A DNA stretch of 64,000 bases from an uncultured Anderseniella sp. (GCA_947488295.1 CANKYU010000001.1:854183-918182), one strand, 5' to 3'; positions 10,955 through 21,157 are shown, counted from the stretch's first letter. Program-made: numbers and translations. The notes: generated by a model from the letters alone, not told the origin.

Positions 10955-11652
10955 ACGGCTCGCTCGATGATCTGCCGCATGTGCTGATTGTTGACGATGA
11001 CAAGCGGCTGCGCGAACTGCTCGGATCGTTTCTGTCAACAAACGGGTGCAGGGTATCAGCGGTGAGCGCTGCGGCGGATGCGCGCCTGCGCATGCAGGGC
11101 ATGTCGTTTGACCTGCTGGTCCTGGACGTGATGATGCCGGGTGAAACCGGGCTGGAATTTGCAGCGTCCCTGCGCGCGACCGGCAATGATGTGCCGATTT
11201 TGATGTTGTCGGCGCGCGCCGAAATTGAACACAGGATTGAAGGCCTCAGCGCAGGTGTGGATGACTATCTCACCAAGCCGTTTGAACCGCGTGAGTTGCT
11301 GTTGCGGGTGCATGCCATCCTGAAGCGCCATGCCCTGACACAGCCGGCCAGTGCCGAAGTGGCTGAAGTGAAGTTCGGCGCGTTTTCGTTCAATTTGTTG
11401 CGTGGCGAATTGCGCCGGGATGGCCAGCTTGTCCACCTGACGACGCGCGAGCGCGACATACTTCGAATACTGGCGCAAAATGCCGGTGAACCTGTGGCCC
11501 GCGCAGACATCATTGAACCGGCCCAGGAAGACACAAACCGTGCTGTGGATGTGCAGATCAACCGGCTGAGACGCAAGATTGAGGATCAGCCTGCCATGCC
11601 GGTTTATCTGCAAACCGTGCGCGGACATGGTTATACTTTGCACGTGGACTAG
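10951..11652 (+). CDS. OmpR-family two-component response regulator
   Basis: Receiver domain (ILIVDDD...LLVLDVMMPGETG...), C-terminal winged helix (RLRRKIE...VRGHGYTL); overlaps marR stop. Confidence 0.9.
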   Translation: MNGSLDDLPHVLIVDDDKRLRELLGSFLSTNGCRVSAVSAAADARLRMQGMSFDLLVLDVMMPGETGLEFAASLRATGNDVPILMLSARAEIEHRIEGLSAGVDDYLTKPFEPRELLLRVHAILKRHALTQPASAEVAEVKFGAFSFNLLRGELRRDGQLVHLTTRERDILRILAQNAGEPVARADIIEPAQEDTNRAVDVQINRLRRKIEDQPAMPVYLQTVRGHGYTLHVD

Positions 11653-11708
11653 GGTCCCGGTCCTAGATGTATCTGCACACTTCAGTGTGGTTTCGAAAGG
11701 GTTTTCAC

Positions 11709-13091
11709 ATGTCGGCCATCGCCAGCCGTGACGATACTCCGCTTGAAAAGCGCAACCTGTACTGGCATTTCAACCGGTTTCTTGAACGCTACATGCCGGA
11801 GCGGCTGTATCAGCGCTCGCTGATCATCGTGATCGCCCCGGTGGTGCTGTTGCAGGGCCTGATGGCATGGGTGTTCCTGGACCGGCATTACGAAACCGTG
11901 ACCAAATCGCTGTCACAGTCATTTGCCCGTGACGTGGCGCTGGTTATCAAGACCTGGGACAACAGCCCGCGCACCGAAACCGATCTGGCCAAGGTTCTGG
12001 CCATGGCCAATGAAGATCTCGCGCTCGGCCTGACGGTTGAGAAGAAGTCCGAACTTCCGCCTGCGACCAACAAACCGTTCCTGTCGTCGGTGCACCCGAA
12101 GCTGGTGCGCTATCTGGAGGGCGGCGTGTCGCTGCCCCTGTGGGTCGATACGGTTGGCAAAAGCGGATATGTCGATGTGCGGATACTGACGCAGGACGGG
12201 TTCGTATTTCGGTTCCTCACCGATCTGGACAGGGCGCATGCATCCACGACCCCGATTTTCATTGCCTGGATGATCGGCGGGTCGCTGTTCCTGTTGCTGA
12301 TCGCGGTGGTGTTTCTGCGAAATCAGATCAAACCGATCGTCAAGCTTGCAAACGCCGCGCAGAGTTTCGGCATGGGACGGGACGTGCCGGATTTCCGGCC
12401 TGACGGGGCAGCCGAAGTGCAGTCGGCCGCGCGGGCCTTCCTGGAGATGAAATCCCGCATTGAGCGGCACGTCGAGCAGCGCACCGCCATGCTGGCCGGC
12501 GTCAGCCACGACCTGCGCACCATACTGACCCGCTTCAAGCTGGAACTTGCATTGCTGGAGAAATCGCCAACTGTGCATGCTCTTTCAGAAGATGTCGGCG
12601 AAATGCAGCGCATGCTGGAGGGCTATCTGGCGTTCGTGCGCGGCGATGGCGGTGAGCCGACATCGGCAACCGAGATCGTCGACCTGCTCGGTGACGTGGC
12701 TGATGACATGAGCCGATCAGGCCATCCGATTGTGCTCAATACTCCGCGCAAGCTGATTGTTGCGTTGAAACCGGATGCTTTCAAACGCTGCGTCGGCAAT
12801 CTGGTGCAGAATGCATCACGGTTTGCCGACCATGTGGAAATCACCGCGGTGCATGATGGTGACTATTTGCGGGTGGTGGTGGATGACGATGGTCCGGGAG
12901 TTCCCCCGGAACAGTATGATGAGGTTTTCAAACCCTTCGTCCGTCTCGATGTTGCCCGCAACCAGGATTCCGGCGGCACCGGGCTCGGCATGGCGATTGC
13001 GCGCGATATCGCCCAAAGCCATGGCGGTGATATTGCGCTGTCACCGTCCATGCTGGGTGGTTTGCGGGCCGAGGTTCGGATCCCAATCTGA
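11709..13091 (+). CDS. Sensor histidine kinase (two TM segments, periplasmic loop, HAMP, HisKA, HATPase)
   Basis: H-box MLAGVSHDLRT, N/G1/G2 boxes (NLVQNASRF, DDDGPGVP, GGTGLGMAIA); start chosen at MSAIASRDD (ORF track begins 11667). Confidence 0.85.
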   Translation: MSAIASRDDTPLEKRNLYWHFNRFLERYMPERLYQRSLIIVIAPVVLLQGLMAWVFLDRHYETVTKSLSQSFARDVALVIKTWDNSPRTETDLAKVLAMANEDLALGLTVEKKSELPPATNKPFLSSVHPKLVRYLEGGVSLPLWVDTVGKSGYVDVRILTQDGFVFRFLTDLDRAHASTTPIFIAWMIGGSLFLLLIAVVFLRNQIKPIVKLANAAQSFGMGRDVPDFRPDGAAEVQSAARAFLEMKSRIERHVEQRTAMLAGVSHDLRTILTRFKLELALLEKSPTVHALSEDVGEMQRMLEGYLAFVRGDGGEPTSATEIVDLLGDVADDMSRSGHPIVLNTPRKLIVALKPDAFKRCVGNLVQNASRFADHVEITAVHDGDYLRVVVDDDGPGVPPEQYDEVFKPFVRLDVARNQDSGGTGLGMAIARDIAQSHGGDIALSPSMLGGLRAEVRIPI

Positions 13092-13133
13092 TGATGATGT
13101 TCTGCAAATACTGCAATTGTTCAGGAGGTCCGG

Positions 13134-14081
13134 GTGCCCGTTCCTAAGTATAGTTTTTTACTGTTCATCATTTCATTGCTGTTGCTCATGTCACCACCGG
13201 GCCGCTCATCGGCCGGCGCGCAGACGGCACCGCCACTGGATTTCAAATTGATTTACAGGGCGGCTCAGCTATCCAAGCATGCCTATGACAGCAAGGCGCA
13301 GATACAAGCCAGATATGGTGCAAACATTACCCGGGTCGCCACGCCGGGCAAGACCAACGTACAGTACATCCTGCTGCACGATCACCAGAACCGGAGGCAG
13401 ATCATTGCAGTTCGCGGAACGGTGGATGACACCAACTGGAAACTCGACCGGGACAGAAGGGTCGTGCGCGACGGCCGGTCCGGTGTTCTGCTGCATCGCG
13501 GGTTCAGGCGCGCCGCCGACACGATTTTCAGGGATGTCAGACCCAGGCTAAAACCGGAATACACCACTTACCTGACGGGTCATTCACTGGGCGGTGCGGT
13601 CGCTGCAATCCTGGGGATTTATCTGTGGGATGACGCCTTCAGGCTTGGCGGCATCTATACTTTCGGGCAACCGAAATTCACCAATCTGGAAGGCGCTGAG
13701 ATTTACAGAGATCTGCCGCTGCTGCGAGTCGTCTACCAGAACGATACCGTACCGCTATTGCCGGACCAGACCCGCGGAGACAAGCAGCAGTTTGTCCATA
13801 TCGGCCCGGTTCTCAATCTTCTGACCGGGCCATATTATCTGTACGGCACGGCAAAGCAGGCGACGCAGTTTTCCAAGCGATCGTTCCGGAGAATGCTGTT
13901 CCAGATCAGTCTGCCCGATCACAAGATGAAGTGGTACCTGCAGAGCCTTCGCGACAAGCAGGCCGGTGTAAAGCGCGTCCGGTTCAGGGATCGCAACAGA
14001 CATATCACGCGACACAAGTATGGGTCGGGCGTGGATACGACACCGCCCAAGCGCCAGTTCAATTTCAACCATCACAACTGA
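13134..14081 (+). CDS. Secreted lipase class 3 (alpha/beta-hydrolase) family protein
   Basis: Signal peptide, nucleophile elbow LTGHSLGGAVAA, lipase_3-like layout. Confidence 0.7.
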   Translation: MPVPKYSFLLFIISLLLLMSPPGRSSAGAQTAPPLDFKLIYRAAQLSKHAYDSKAQIQARYGANITRVATPGKTNVQYILLHDHQNRRQIIAVRGTVDDTNWKLDRDRRVVRDGRSGVLLHRGFRRAADTIFRDVRPRLKPEYTTYLTGHSLGGAVAAILGIYLWDDAFRLGGIYTFGQPKFTNLEGAEIYRDLPLLRVVYQNDTVPLLPDQTRGDKQQFVHIGPVLNLLTGPYYLYGTAKQATQFSKRSFRRMLFQISLPDHKMKWYLQSLRDKQAGVKRVRFRDRNRHITRHKYGSGVDTTPPKRQFNFNHHN

Positions 14082-14122
14082 CATCCCGGCTGCGCAGGCT
14101 CGCCGTGTCCGATGGCTCCCGC

Positions 14123-14461
14123 TCAGTGCAGGCGTGAGCCGTTCGGGGTGTCCCTGTCGACACTGACCAGAACCACATCGCCATTGTCGTCAGAAAACCC
14201 AAGTGTCAGCACTTCCGACATGAACGGGCCGATCTGGCGGGGCGGGAAGTTGACAACTGCGGCCACCTTGCGTCCGGCCAGGTCCTGCAATGAGTAATGG
14301 ACTGTTATCTGGGCGGATGACTTCTTCACGCCGATCTCGTCACCAAAATCGATCTTCAGCTTGTAGGCAGGCTTGCGGGCTTCGGGAAAATCCGTCACTT
14401 CGACGACCGTGCCGATGCGGATGTCGACCTTCATGAAGTCGTCGAAGGTAATTGTACTCAT
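14123..14461 (-). CDS. csaA: tRNA-binding protein CsaA/EMAP-domain
   Basis: 112 aa OB-fold tRNA-binding domain blocks (MKVDIRIGTV...KLKIDFGDEIG...SEVLTLG). Confidence 0.8.
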   Translation of the reverse strand: MSTITFDDFMKVDIRIGTVVEVTDFPEARKPAYKLKIDFGDEIGVKKSSAQITVHYSLQDLAGRKVAAVVNFPPRQIGPFMSEVLTLGFSDDNGDVVLVSVDRDTPNGSRLH

Positions 14462-15171
14462 GGGGTCGTGGTCTCCGAGGCTGGTGTCTCCGGTCGCGAA
14501 GGCGGCGGTGTGGCAGAGCCGGGTTGACCGCTTTCGTGTGATGGCGGGCCGCGTCGGGCTTTCATGAAACCGCGCGCCAGGCTGGACAGGGCGGTTGCCA
14601 GCGTCATCGGTGTTTCAAGCCGCTTGATCCAGTCCGCGCCGTCGCGCAGGGAGCGGTCCAGCTGCGCCATGGTGCGCGCGAGCCCGGCATCATCATCACT
14701 GGCCCACACCTTCAGCGTGCGCACATAGACCAGTGCCAGGCCGGTGGTTTTCATGGCACCGCGCAGGCCGGTGTCTTCAATGCCGGCAGCCGACATCACC
14801 CAGTCCTGCGACTGCATCATTGAACCGGCCAGACGCGCATAGTCGGGCAGGGAGGATGCGGGGGTTGCAACGATGGAACGGATGGCGGCCTTGTCGCCGT
14901 CCATCAGCTCCAGCCGGCGCATGAGAATGTCGAACACCCGGTCATGGGCAGACCCGGACACCGGGTCGGTTTCAAGGGAAGTCAGCATTTTCGCATCAAG
15001 CTGCCGACCATAGAGCTGCAGGATATCCGCTTTGCCGCCAATGACACCGGCGAGGTCTGCCAGTGACAATCCGGCTTCTGCGGCAACATCCGCCAGTTTT
15101 ACTTCGCTCCACGGCCGGGTGGCGGCCAGTCGAAATGCAGCACTTACAATCGCGTTTTCGCGCTCTTCCAT
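14458..15171 (-). CDS. Hypothetical protein, possibly COQ9-family/TetR-fold, with Pro/Ser/Thr-rich C-terminal tail
   Basis: 237 aa high-GC3 ORF coupled (ATGA overlap) to csaA; helical N-terminus; neighbours ubiK-like and YbjN genes. Confidence 0.4.
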   Translation of the reverse strand: MEERENAIVSAAFRLAATRPWSEVKLADVAAEAGLSLADLAGVIGGKADILQLYGRQLDAKMLTSLETDPVSGSAHDRVFDILMRRLELMDGDKAAIRSIVATPASSLPDYARLAGSMMQSQDWVMSAAGIEDTGLRGAMKTTGLALVYVRTLKVWASDDDAGLARTMAQLDRSLRDGADWIKRLETPMTLATALSSLARGFMKARRGPPSHESGQPGSATPPPSRPETPASETTTP

Positions 15172-15259
15172 GACAAGGTTCCTGTTGCTTGGTCTGCCTG
15201 TTTTGCAGATTGCAATGTGGTAACGGCGAAAACAAGCTGACGGATTGGCGCGTGCCGGT

Positions 15260-16090
15260 TTAACCGGCCAGTTCGCGGGACCGCTTTTCAGCTTCTTCCG
15301 TGGCCCTGATCATCAGTTGCTTCATGCCGTCTTCCTCCGCCATCAGGACCTGAAGCGCTGCATAGGTCGTGCCCTTGGGCGACGTGACGTTTTCACGCAA
15401 GGTGCCGGCCGGTGTACCGGTCGCGCGCATCAATTCACCGGCACCTGCAACAGTGGCGCGCGCCAGCTGTTCTGCAATGTCGGCAGGCAGGCCCAGTTTC
15501 ATTGCGGCTGCCGTCATGCATTCGGTCATGTAGAAGATGTAGGCCGGTCCGGAACCTGAAATGGCGGTGCAGGCATCGATCAGGGTCTCATCGGTTACCG
15601 TGACCACTTCGCCCAGCGATGCCAGCAGCGCCGTTGCCAGTTCAGACTGTTCTGCCGAGACGCCGTCACTTGCCGCCATTGCGGTAATACCGCGGCCAAC
15701 GGCGGCAGGCGTATTGGGGATGGTGCGGATCACCGGGGTGGTGTCACCGAAATACTGCCGGAAAGCGGCAATCGTCTTGCCGGCGACAACAGATACAACC
15801 AGCGGATTGTCCTTGGCGAGATCTGCCATGGCCGGCAGCACTTCGTCCACCATCTGGGGTTTTACAGCGACCAGAATGGCCTCGACATCGTTCACGCTGC
15901 TGAGAGGAGGGTTGTGGCTGATCGTGTGCTGGGCAATCACCGCCATGGTTTCGGGCGGCGGGGCAGGGTCGAAAATGATCACCTGATCACCGGTGATACC
16001 GGCTTCCAGCCAGCCCTGAAGCATGGCCGTGCCCATTTTGCCGGCACCTATCAGAACGAGGCGTCCCGAAAGATTGGCTGCAGCAGACAT
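15260..16090 (-). CDS. proC: Pyrroline-5-carboxylate reductase
   Basis: NAD(P) Rossmann LVLIGAGKMGTAMLQGW, ProC C-terminal dimerisation blocks (SPKGTTYAALQ). Confidence 0.9.
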   Translation of the reverse strand: MSAAANLSGRLVLIGAGKMGTAMLQGWLEAGITGDQVIIFDPAPPPETMAVIAQHTISHNPPLSSVNDVEAILVAVKPQMVDEVLPAMADLAKDNPLVVSVVAGKTIAAFRQYFGDTTPVIRTIPNTPAAVGRGITAMAASDGVSAEQSELATALLASLGEVVTVTDETLIDACTAISGSGPAYIFYMTECMTAAAMKLGLPADIAEQLARATVAGAGELMRATGTPAGTLRENVTSPKGTTYAALQVLMAEEDGMKQLMIRATEEAEKRSRELAG

Positions 16091-16093
16091 GGC

Positions 16094-16594
16094 TCAGGCC
16101 TCTCCGACGGTTTCCAGCAGGCTGGAACGGATGGCATCTTCTGCGGATTTTCCCGCCCAGATGGCATACTGGAATGCCGGGAAATATCGCTCGCAGGCAT
16201 CAAGCGCGGTATGCACCAGTGCTTCGCACTGGGCTTCGTTGAGATCGGCCTGGCCGGTCAGCAGCAGCGAATTGCGGAACATCAGTGATCCTTCATTGCG
16301 CCAAACGTCAAAATGGCCGAAGAACAGCTGCTCATTGATCAGCGCCACCAGCCGCACGATTTCATCGCGGCGGCCTTCGGGGACCTTCAGGTCGAACGAA
16401 CACGCCAGGTGCAGGCCTTCAAGCTGGGCATTCCAGTTGAGTGACAAATGCAGATCCGTCCACGAACCGGCCACGATCATGTTGATCTCGTCATCGGCTG
16501 AACGGTCGACGAACCATTCGTTGCGCGATGCCAGCAGTTCCACTGTCTCCAGTGGATGCATCAACTCATTCTTAATTGCCAGTGCTGCCGCCAT
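16094..16594 (-). CDS. YbjN domain-containing protein
   Basis: 166 aa starting MAAALAIKNEL; the 334 aa ORF in the track is an unsupported N-terminal extension; classic proC-adjacent YbjN arrangement. Confidence 0.65.
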   Translation of the reverse strand: MAAALAIKNELMHPLETVELLASRNEWFVDRSADDEINMIVAGSWTDLHLSLNWNAQLEGLHLACSFDLKVPEGRRDEIVRLVALINEQLFFGHFDVWRNEGSLMFRNSLLLTGQADLNEAQCEALVHTALDACERYFPAFQYAIWAGKSAEDAIRSSLLETVGEA

Positions 16595-16841
16595 GTTCGT
16601 CGCTCCTGAAGCAATCTTGTGTTTGCAGGAACACAGAGTTGCTCGATCATCTGGTAACCGGGCATCTTGTCTGCAATCAGATGATTTCAAGATGCTTCGG
16701 TGTTGAATCGCTGCGAAGAGCACCGAATCAAGTCGTGTACAGAAATTGACGAATGTTCGACTGCGCCGCAAGAGTCGGCGGCGATAAGGCGTGATTCCTC
16801 CACACTGCAATGGGGATAAACCACTTTTCAGCGCACAGAAT

Positions 16842-17159
16842 TCACTTCTTGGCTGTGGAAGACTTTGCTGCTGCTCTCTTTTTTGCAGCCGCTGCCGGTT
16901 TTGACGCCACTGCATCAAGCTTTGCTTCCAGCTCGGCGATGCGCGCGCGCAAGGCTTCGTTTTCGGTGCGCGCCATGCTGGCCATGTCGCGTACCACGTC
17001 GAACTCTTCACGCTGCACAATCTGTATGTCGGCCAGAACGCGCTCGATCTGAGCCTTGACGAGATTGTCCACCTCACGCCGCGCGCCCTGCGCAGCACCG
17101 GCGGCGTTGGTCATGACCTTGGCTAGTTCGTCAAAGAAACGTGAGGACGGGCTTGTCAT
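16842..17159 (-). CDS. UbiK/BMFP (YqiC)-family accessory factor
   Basis: 105 aa, coiled-coil, blocks FFDELAKVMTNA...REEFDVVRDMA..., Lys/Ala-rich C-terminus typical of family. Confidence 0.65.
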   Translation of the reverse strand: MTSPSSRFFDELAKVMTNAAGAAQGARREVDNLVKAQIERVLADIQIVQREEFDVVRDMASMARTENEALRARIAELEAKLDAVASKPAAAAKKRAAAKSSTAKK

Positions 17160-17277
17160 ATTTCAGGTGTCTCGGCTGTTGGAAACCAGTGTTGTATCCT
17201 TTAGGTAGGGTGCAGCGAAGGCTTTCGCAAGCCTCTTGCGCCTGAACCGATGACGCAACCTATCCGGCGGTCCCTTC

Positions 17278-18114
17278 ATGCCCACTTTGTTTGCCATTCC
17301 CTTTCCGGTGATAGATCCGGTGGCGCTGTCGCTCGGCCCGCTGGAAATCCGCTGGTATGCACTGGCCTATGTGGTCGGGCTTATGGGGGCGATCTGGTAT
17401 GCCAAGCGGCTGGTCAGCAACGATGCCTTGTGGCCCGGATCGACACCGCACACGTCGCCTGCCCAGCTTGATGATCTGCTGTTGTGGTCGACGCTGGGCG
17501 TGCTGCTCGGCGGCAGGCTGGGTTATGTGCTGTTCTACAATCCGGTGTATTTCCTGCACAATCCATCTGAAATTCTGCAGATGTGGAATGGCGGCATGTC
17601 GTTCCATGGCGGCTTTCTGGGTGTTGTGGTTGCGTGCTACTTCTATGGCCGCCGCCATGGCATCGGCATGTGGCAATTGCTGGATCTGGGCGCCGCCAGT
17701 GTCCCGATCGGGTTGTTTCTCGGACGGATTGCCAACTTCATCAATGCAGAATTGTACGGCAAGGTGACCGACGTTCCGTGGGCCATGGTGTTTCCCGGCG
17801 GCGGCCCCGACCCGCGTCACCCAAGCCAGCTCTACGAGGCCGCGCTGGAAGGCATTGTCCTGTTCATTGCGGTTCGGGTGGCCACGCACACATACAAGTG
17901 CCTGCCGCGTACAGGCGTGGCGTCCGGCGTGTTTGCCACTGGATATGCGCTGTCGCGGATCATTGTTGAATTTGCGCGTGAGCCCGACGCCCATATCGGC
18001 TATCTGACGGGAGGCTGGCTGACAATGGGCATGGTACTGTCATTACCGCTGCTGGGCGTCGGCGTCTGGTTGTTGATGAGGGCAAGAACGCAGAGCCCCG
18101 GGAGCATTGCATGA
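17278..18114 (+). CDS. lgt: Prolipoprotein diacylglyceryl transferase
   Basis: Lgt signature regions (GPLxIRWYALAYVxG, HGGFLG, multiple TM). Confidence 0.9.
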   Translation: MPTLFAIPFPVIDPVALSLGPLEIRWYALAYVVGLMGAIWYAKRLVSNDALWPGSTPHTSPAQLDDLLLWSTLGVLLGGRLGYVLFYNPVYFLHNPSEILQMWNGGMSFHGGFLGVVVACYFYGRRHGIGMWQLLDLGAASVPIGLFLGRIANFINAELYGKVTDVPWAMVFPGGGPDPRHPSQLYEAALEGIVLFIAVRVATHTYKCLPRTGVASGVFATGYALSRIIVEFAREPDAHIGYLTGGWLTMGMVLSLPLLGVGVWLLMRARTQSPGSIA

Positions 18115-19238
18115 GCAAACCGAAATCCGATGCAGCTGAGCGCCAGTCCGCGCTTGGCACTGTCATTGCCGACATGATCTCAGCAGACGGCCCCATGCCG
18201 GTGGACCGTTACATGGCGCTGGCACTGGGTCATGAGCGCCACGGCTATTACATGGGCCGTGATCCGTTCGGCCGGGCCGGCGATTTCATCACCGCACCTG
18301 AAGTCTCGCAGATGTTCGGCGAACTGGTCGGCATCTGGTGTGCCGCAGGTTGGCAGATGATGGACGCGCCGGCTGAGTGGAACCTGATCGAACTTGGCCC
18401 GGGCAGGGGCACCTTGCTGGCAGATCTGGTTCGCGCCTGTTCGGTCATGCCCGGATTGCGTGACGGCATGCAGGTTCATCTGGTTGAAATGTCGCCGGTG
18501 CTGAAGACCATGCAGGCGGAGACCCTCAAGCGCGCCGGTATCGAAGCCACATGGCATGACCGGCTGGAAGATGTGCCGGAGGGGCAGTCACTGATCATTG
18601 CCAACGAGTTTTTTGATGCCCTGCCGGTCAGCCAGTTGCAGAAACAGGCAGGCCACTGGCATGAGCGGGTCGTCGGACTGGCTGACGACGGCAAGCTTGC
18701 GTTCGGCCTGGCCAGCGACCGGGTCGCACCTGCGCTGGTGCCGACATGGGCTGCAAATGCCGCAGATGGCGATATTGCAGAGTTTTCACCGGTACGCGAT
18801 GCCGTCGCGCGTGAAATCGGCCGGCGTATCGCCAAAGACATGGGCGCAGCGCTGATCATTGACTACGGTCATATGCGCTCCGCAGCGGGCGATACCCTGC
18901 AGGCCATTCGCAAGCATCAGTTTGCAGATGTACTGAGCCGGCCGGGTGACGCCGACATCACTTCCCATGTGGATTTTGAGGCGCTGACAACTGCAGTGAC
19001 CGCTGATGGTGCGAAACCCTATGGCCCGGTCATGCAGGGAGATTTCCTGATCAAAATGGGCCTGAAAGAGCGTGAAGAGATGTTGCGTGCGCGCGCCGAT
19101 GCCCGGCAGCGCATTCGGTTGTCGAAAGGCGCGCAAAAGCTGGTGTCCGGCAACCAGATGGGACAATTGTTCAAGGTGCTTGCGGTTACCCATCCCGACA
19201 TGCCCAAGCCTGCCCCGTTCAACGTGGAGCCAGCATGA
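18111..19238 (+). CDS. SAM-dependent methyltransferase, MidA/NDUFAF7 (DUF185) family
   Basis: 375 aa; LIELGPGRGTL motif I; conserved lgt–DUF185–pgeF order; overlaps lgt stop. Confidence 0.7.
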   Translation: MSKPKSDAAERQSALGTVIADMISADGPMPVDRYMALALGHERHGYYMGRDPFGRAGDFITAPEVSQMFGELVGIWCAAGWQMMDAPAEWNLIELGPGRGTLLADLVRACSVMPGLRDGMQVHLVEMSPVLKTMQAETLKRAGIEATWHDRLEDVPEGQSLIIANEFFDALPVSQLQKQAGHWHERVVGLADDGKLAFGLASDRVAPALVPTWAANAADGDIAEFSPVRDAVAREIGRRIAKDMGAALIIDYGHMRSAAGDTLQAIRKHQFADVLSRPGDADITSHVDFEALTTAVTADGAKPYGPVMQGDFLIKMGLKEREEMLRARADARQRIRLSKGAQKLVSGNQMGQLFKVLAVTHPDMPKPAPFNVEPA

Positions 19239-19996
19239 TTGCAGCATCAGGTCTTTCTTCCATAAAAGGCATAAAGCACGGGTTTTTTACCCGTGAGGGC
19301 GGCGTTTCAGACGGCATTTACGGCTCGCTGAATGCCGGTTTCGGGTCTGCCGATGATGGTGTCAGGGTGGCTGAGAACCGGCGCCGGATTGCAACCCAAC
19401 TGGGCGTGGACAGCGACAGGCTGTTGACCATCCATCAATGGCACAGTGCAGATACCGTGCTTGCCGAAGAGCCCTGGGACGTGCGCCGGCCACCGGAAGG
19501 TGATGCAGTAGTGACGGACAAGCCGGGAATTGCGGTCGCGGTCCTGACGGCGGATTGCACGCCGGTGCTGTTCAGTTCGGGTGACGGCCGGATCGTCGGG
19601 GCGGCACACGCCGGCTGGAAAGGCGCAATCGGCGGTATTCTGGATGCAACCGTTGCCAGAATGAAAAAACTGGGAGCAAGGGATGTGCATGCCGCGATCG
19701 GGCCGACCATCAGTCAGTTGAACTATGAAGTCGGCCCGGAGTATCGGACGCAGTTTGTCGAACGCGATCCAGCGTCGGACCGGTTTTTCATCCCGTCGGA
19801 AAAACCGGGGCACTTCATGTTTGACCTGCCGGGCTTCGTTCGCGCCCGGCTGGACGACCTCGAATTGGCTTCAATCGAAGATACCGCGCTGTGCACCTAT
19901 GCCGACGAGCAGCGGTTCTTCTCGTACCGGCGGACGGTTCATCGCGGCGAGGGCGACTACGGCCGCCAGCTTTCAGCAATTTGCATCAGGGGATAG
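19235..19996 (+). CDS. pgeF: Peptidoglycan editing factor PgeF (YfiH/laccase-domain, purine nucleoside phosphorylase-like)
   Basis: DUF152 blocks (LTADCTPVLF, HAGWKG), 253 aa; coupled to upstream gene. Confidence 0.85.
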   Translation: MIAASGLSSIKGIKHGFFTREGGVSDGIYGSLNAGFGSADDGVRVAENRRRIATQLGVDSDRLLTIHQWHSADTVLAEEPWDVRRPPEGDAVVTDKPGIAVAVLTADCTPVLFSSGDGRIVGAAHAGWKGAIGGILDATVARMKKLGARDVHAAIGPTISQLNYEVGPEYRTQFVERDPASDRFFIPSEKPGHFMFDLPGFVRARLDDLELASIEDTALCTYADEQRFFSYRRTVHRGEGDYGRQLSAICIRG

Positions 19997-20005
19997 GCAG
20001 CATTT

Positions 20006-21157
20006 ATGGCACTGCATTTTGAAAACAAGGAATACAAGGCCCGGCAGAAAAAGGTCATCAGGGAACTGGAGGCGCGCGGACTGGACGGACTGCTGATGTT
20101 TCAGCAGGAATCCATGTATTACCTCACCGGCTATGACACGTTCGGGTTCTGCTTTTTTCAGTGTCTGTACCTCGGCGCCGACGGCAACATAGCGCTGTTG
20201 ACCCGGTCTGCGGACCTGCGCCAGGCCCAGCACACGTCGACCATTGAAGACATTCGCATCTGGACGGACGAGGCTGGTGCGCAGCCGGCCGTGCAACTGC
20301 GCGACATGCTGGCCAGCCTTGGTGCGAAAGGCAGGAAACTCGGCATCGAGAACGAATCCTATGGTCTGGTGCATTCAAACGGGCTGGCGGTCGATGCAGC
20401 GCTTGGCACCTGGTGCAAGCTTTCCGACGCGTCCCGGCTGGTGGACGCCATTCGCAGCGTTAAGTCTGAAGCCGAGCTGAAATATGTGCGCAAGGCAGGC
20501 AAGCTTGGCGATGCCGCGCTCAAGGCCGCCATTGAAGCGACCCATGCCGGGGCTGACGAAGGTGATATCCTGGCAGCGCAGCATGCGGCCATTTTTGCCG
20601 GTGGCGGCGATTATCCGGCCAACGAGTTTATCATCGGGTCCGGCCGTGATGCACTGTTGTGCCGGTACAAGTCCGGGCGGCGCAAGTTGTCGAAACGCGA
20701 TCAGCTGACGCTTGAGTTTGCCGGGGTCTACCGGCACTACCACGCGGCATACATGCGCACATTCATTGTCGGCGAGCCAAAAAAGCAGCACATCTCGATG
20801 CATGGTGCAGCGCTTGAGGCGCTCAAGGCAGTCGAAGAAGTGATGAAGCCCGGCAAGACCGCCGGTGACGTGTTCGATGCTCATGCCCGTGTTATGGATG
20901 AGCACGGTCTTGCGCATGCCAGGCTCAATGCCTGCGGCTATTCGCTGGGCGCCAAGTTCACGCCGAGCTGGATGGACACGCCGATGTTCTTCCACGGCAA
21001 CGAGTTCCAGATCAAGGCCAACATGACTTTTTTTGCGCACATGATCCTGGTAGATTCGAAGACCAATACGGCGATGACACTGGCTCGTACCTACATCACC
21101 GGGCGCGGTGCGCCGGAACCGGTCTCCAGATACCCCCTGAAGATGATCGTTAAATAG
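20006..21157 (+). CDS. M24-family metallopeptidase (creatinase/prolidase-like, Xaa-Pro aminopeptidase)
   Basis: Creatinase_N region then M24 pita-bread domain (metal ligands in HG...H, E...E blocks). Confidence 0.8.
   Translation: MALHFENKEYKARQKKVIRELEARGLDGLLMFQQESMYYLTGYDTFGFCFFQCLYLGADGNIALLTRSADLRQAQHTSTIEDIRIWTDEAGAQPAVQLRDMLASLGAKGRKLGIENESYGLVHSNGLAVDAALGTWCKLSDASRLVDAIRSVKSEAELKYVRKAGKLGDAALKAAIEATHAGADEGDILAAQHAAIFAGGGDYPANEFIIGSGRDALLCRYKSGRRKLSKRDQLTLEFAGVYRHYHAAYMRTFIVGEPKKQHISMHGAALEALKAVEEVMKPGKTAGDVFDAHARVMDEHGLAHARLNACGYSLGAKFTPSWMDTPMFFHGNEFQIKANMTFFAHMILVDSKTNTAMTLARTYITGRGAPEPVSRYPLKMIVK

Noticed and set aside
16094-17098. 334-aa ORF upstream-extended from the YbjN gene
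   Set aside because: Only the C-terminal 166 aa look like a YbjN domain. The N-terminal part is Arg/Ser-rich low complexity and runs through the intergenic region toward the UbiK-like gene.
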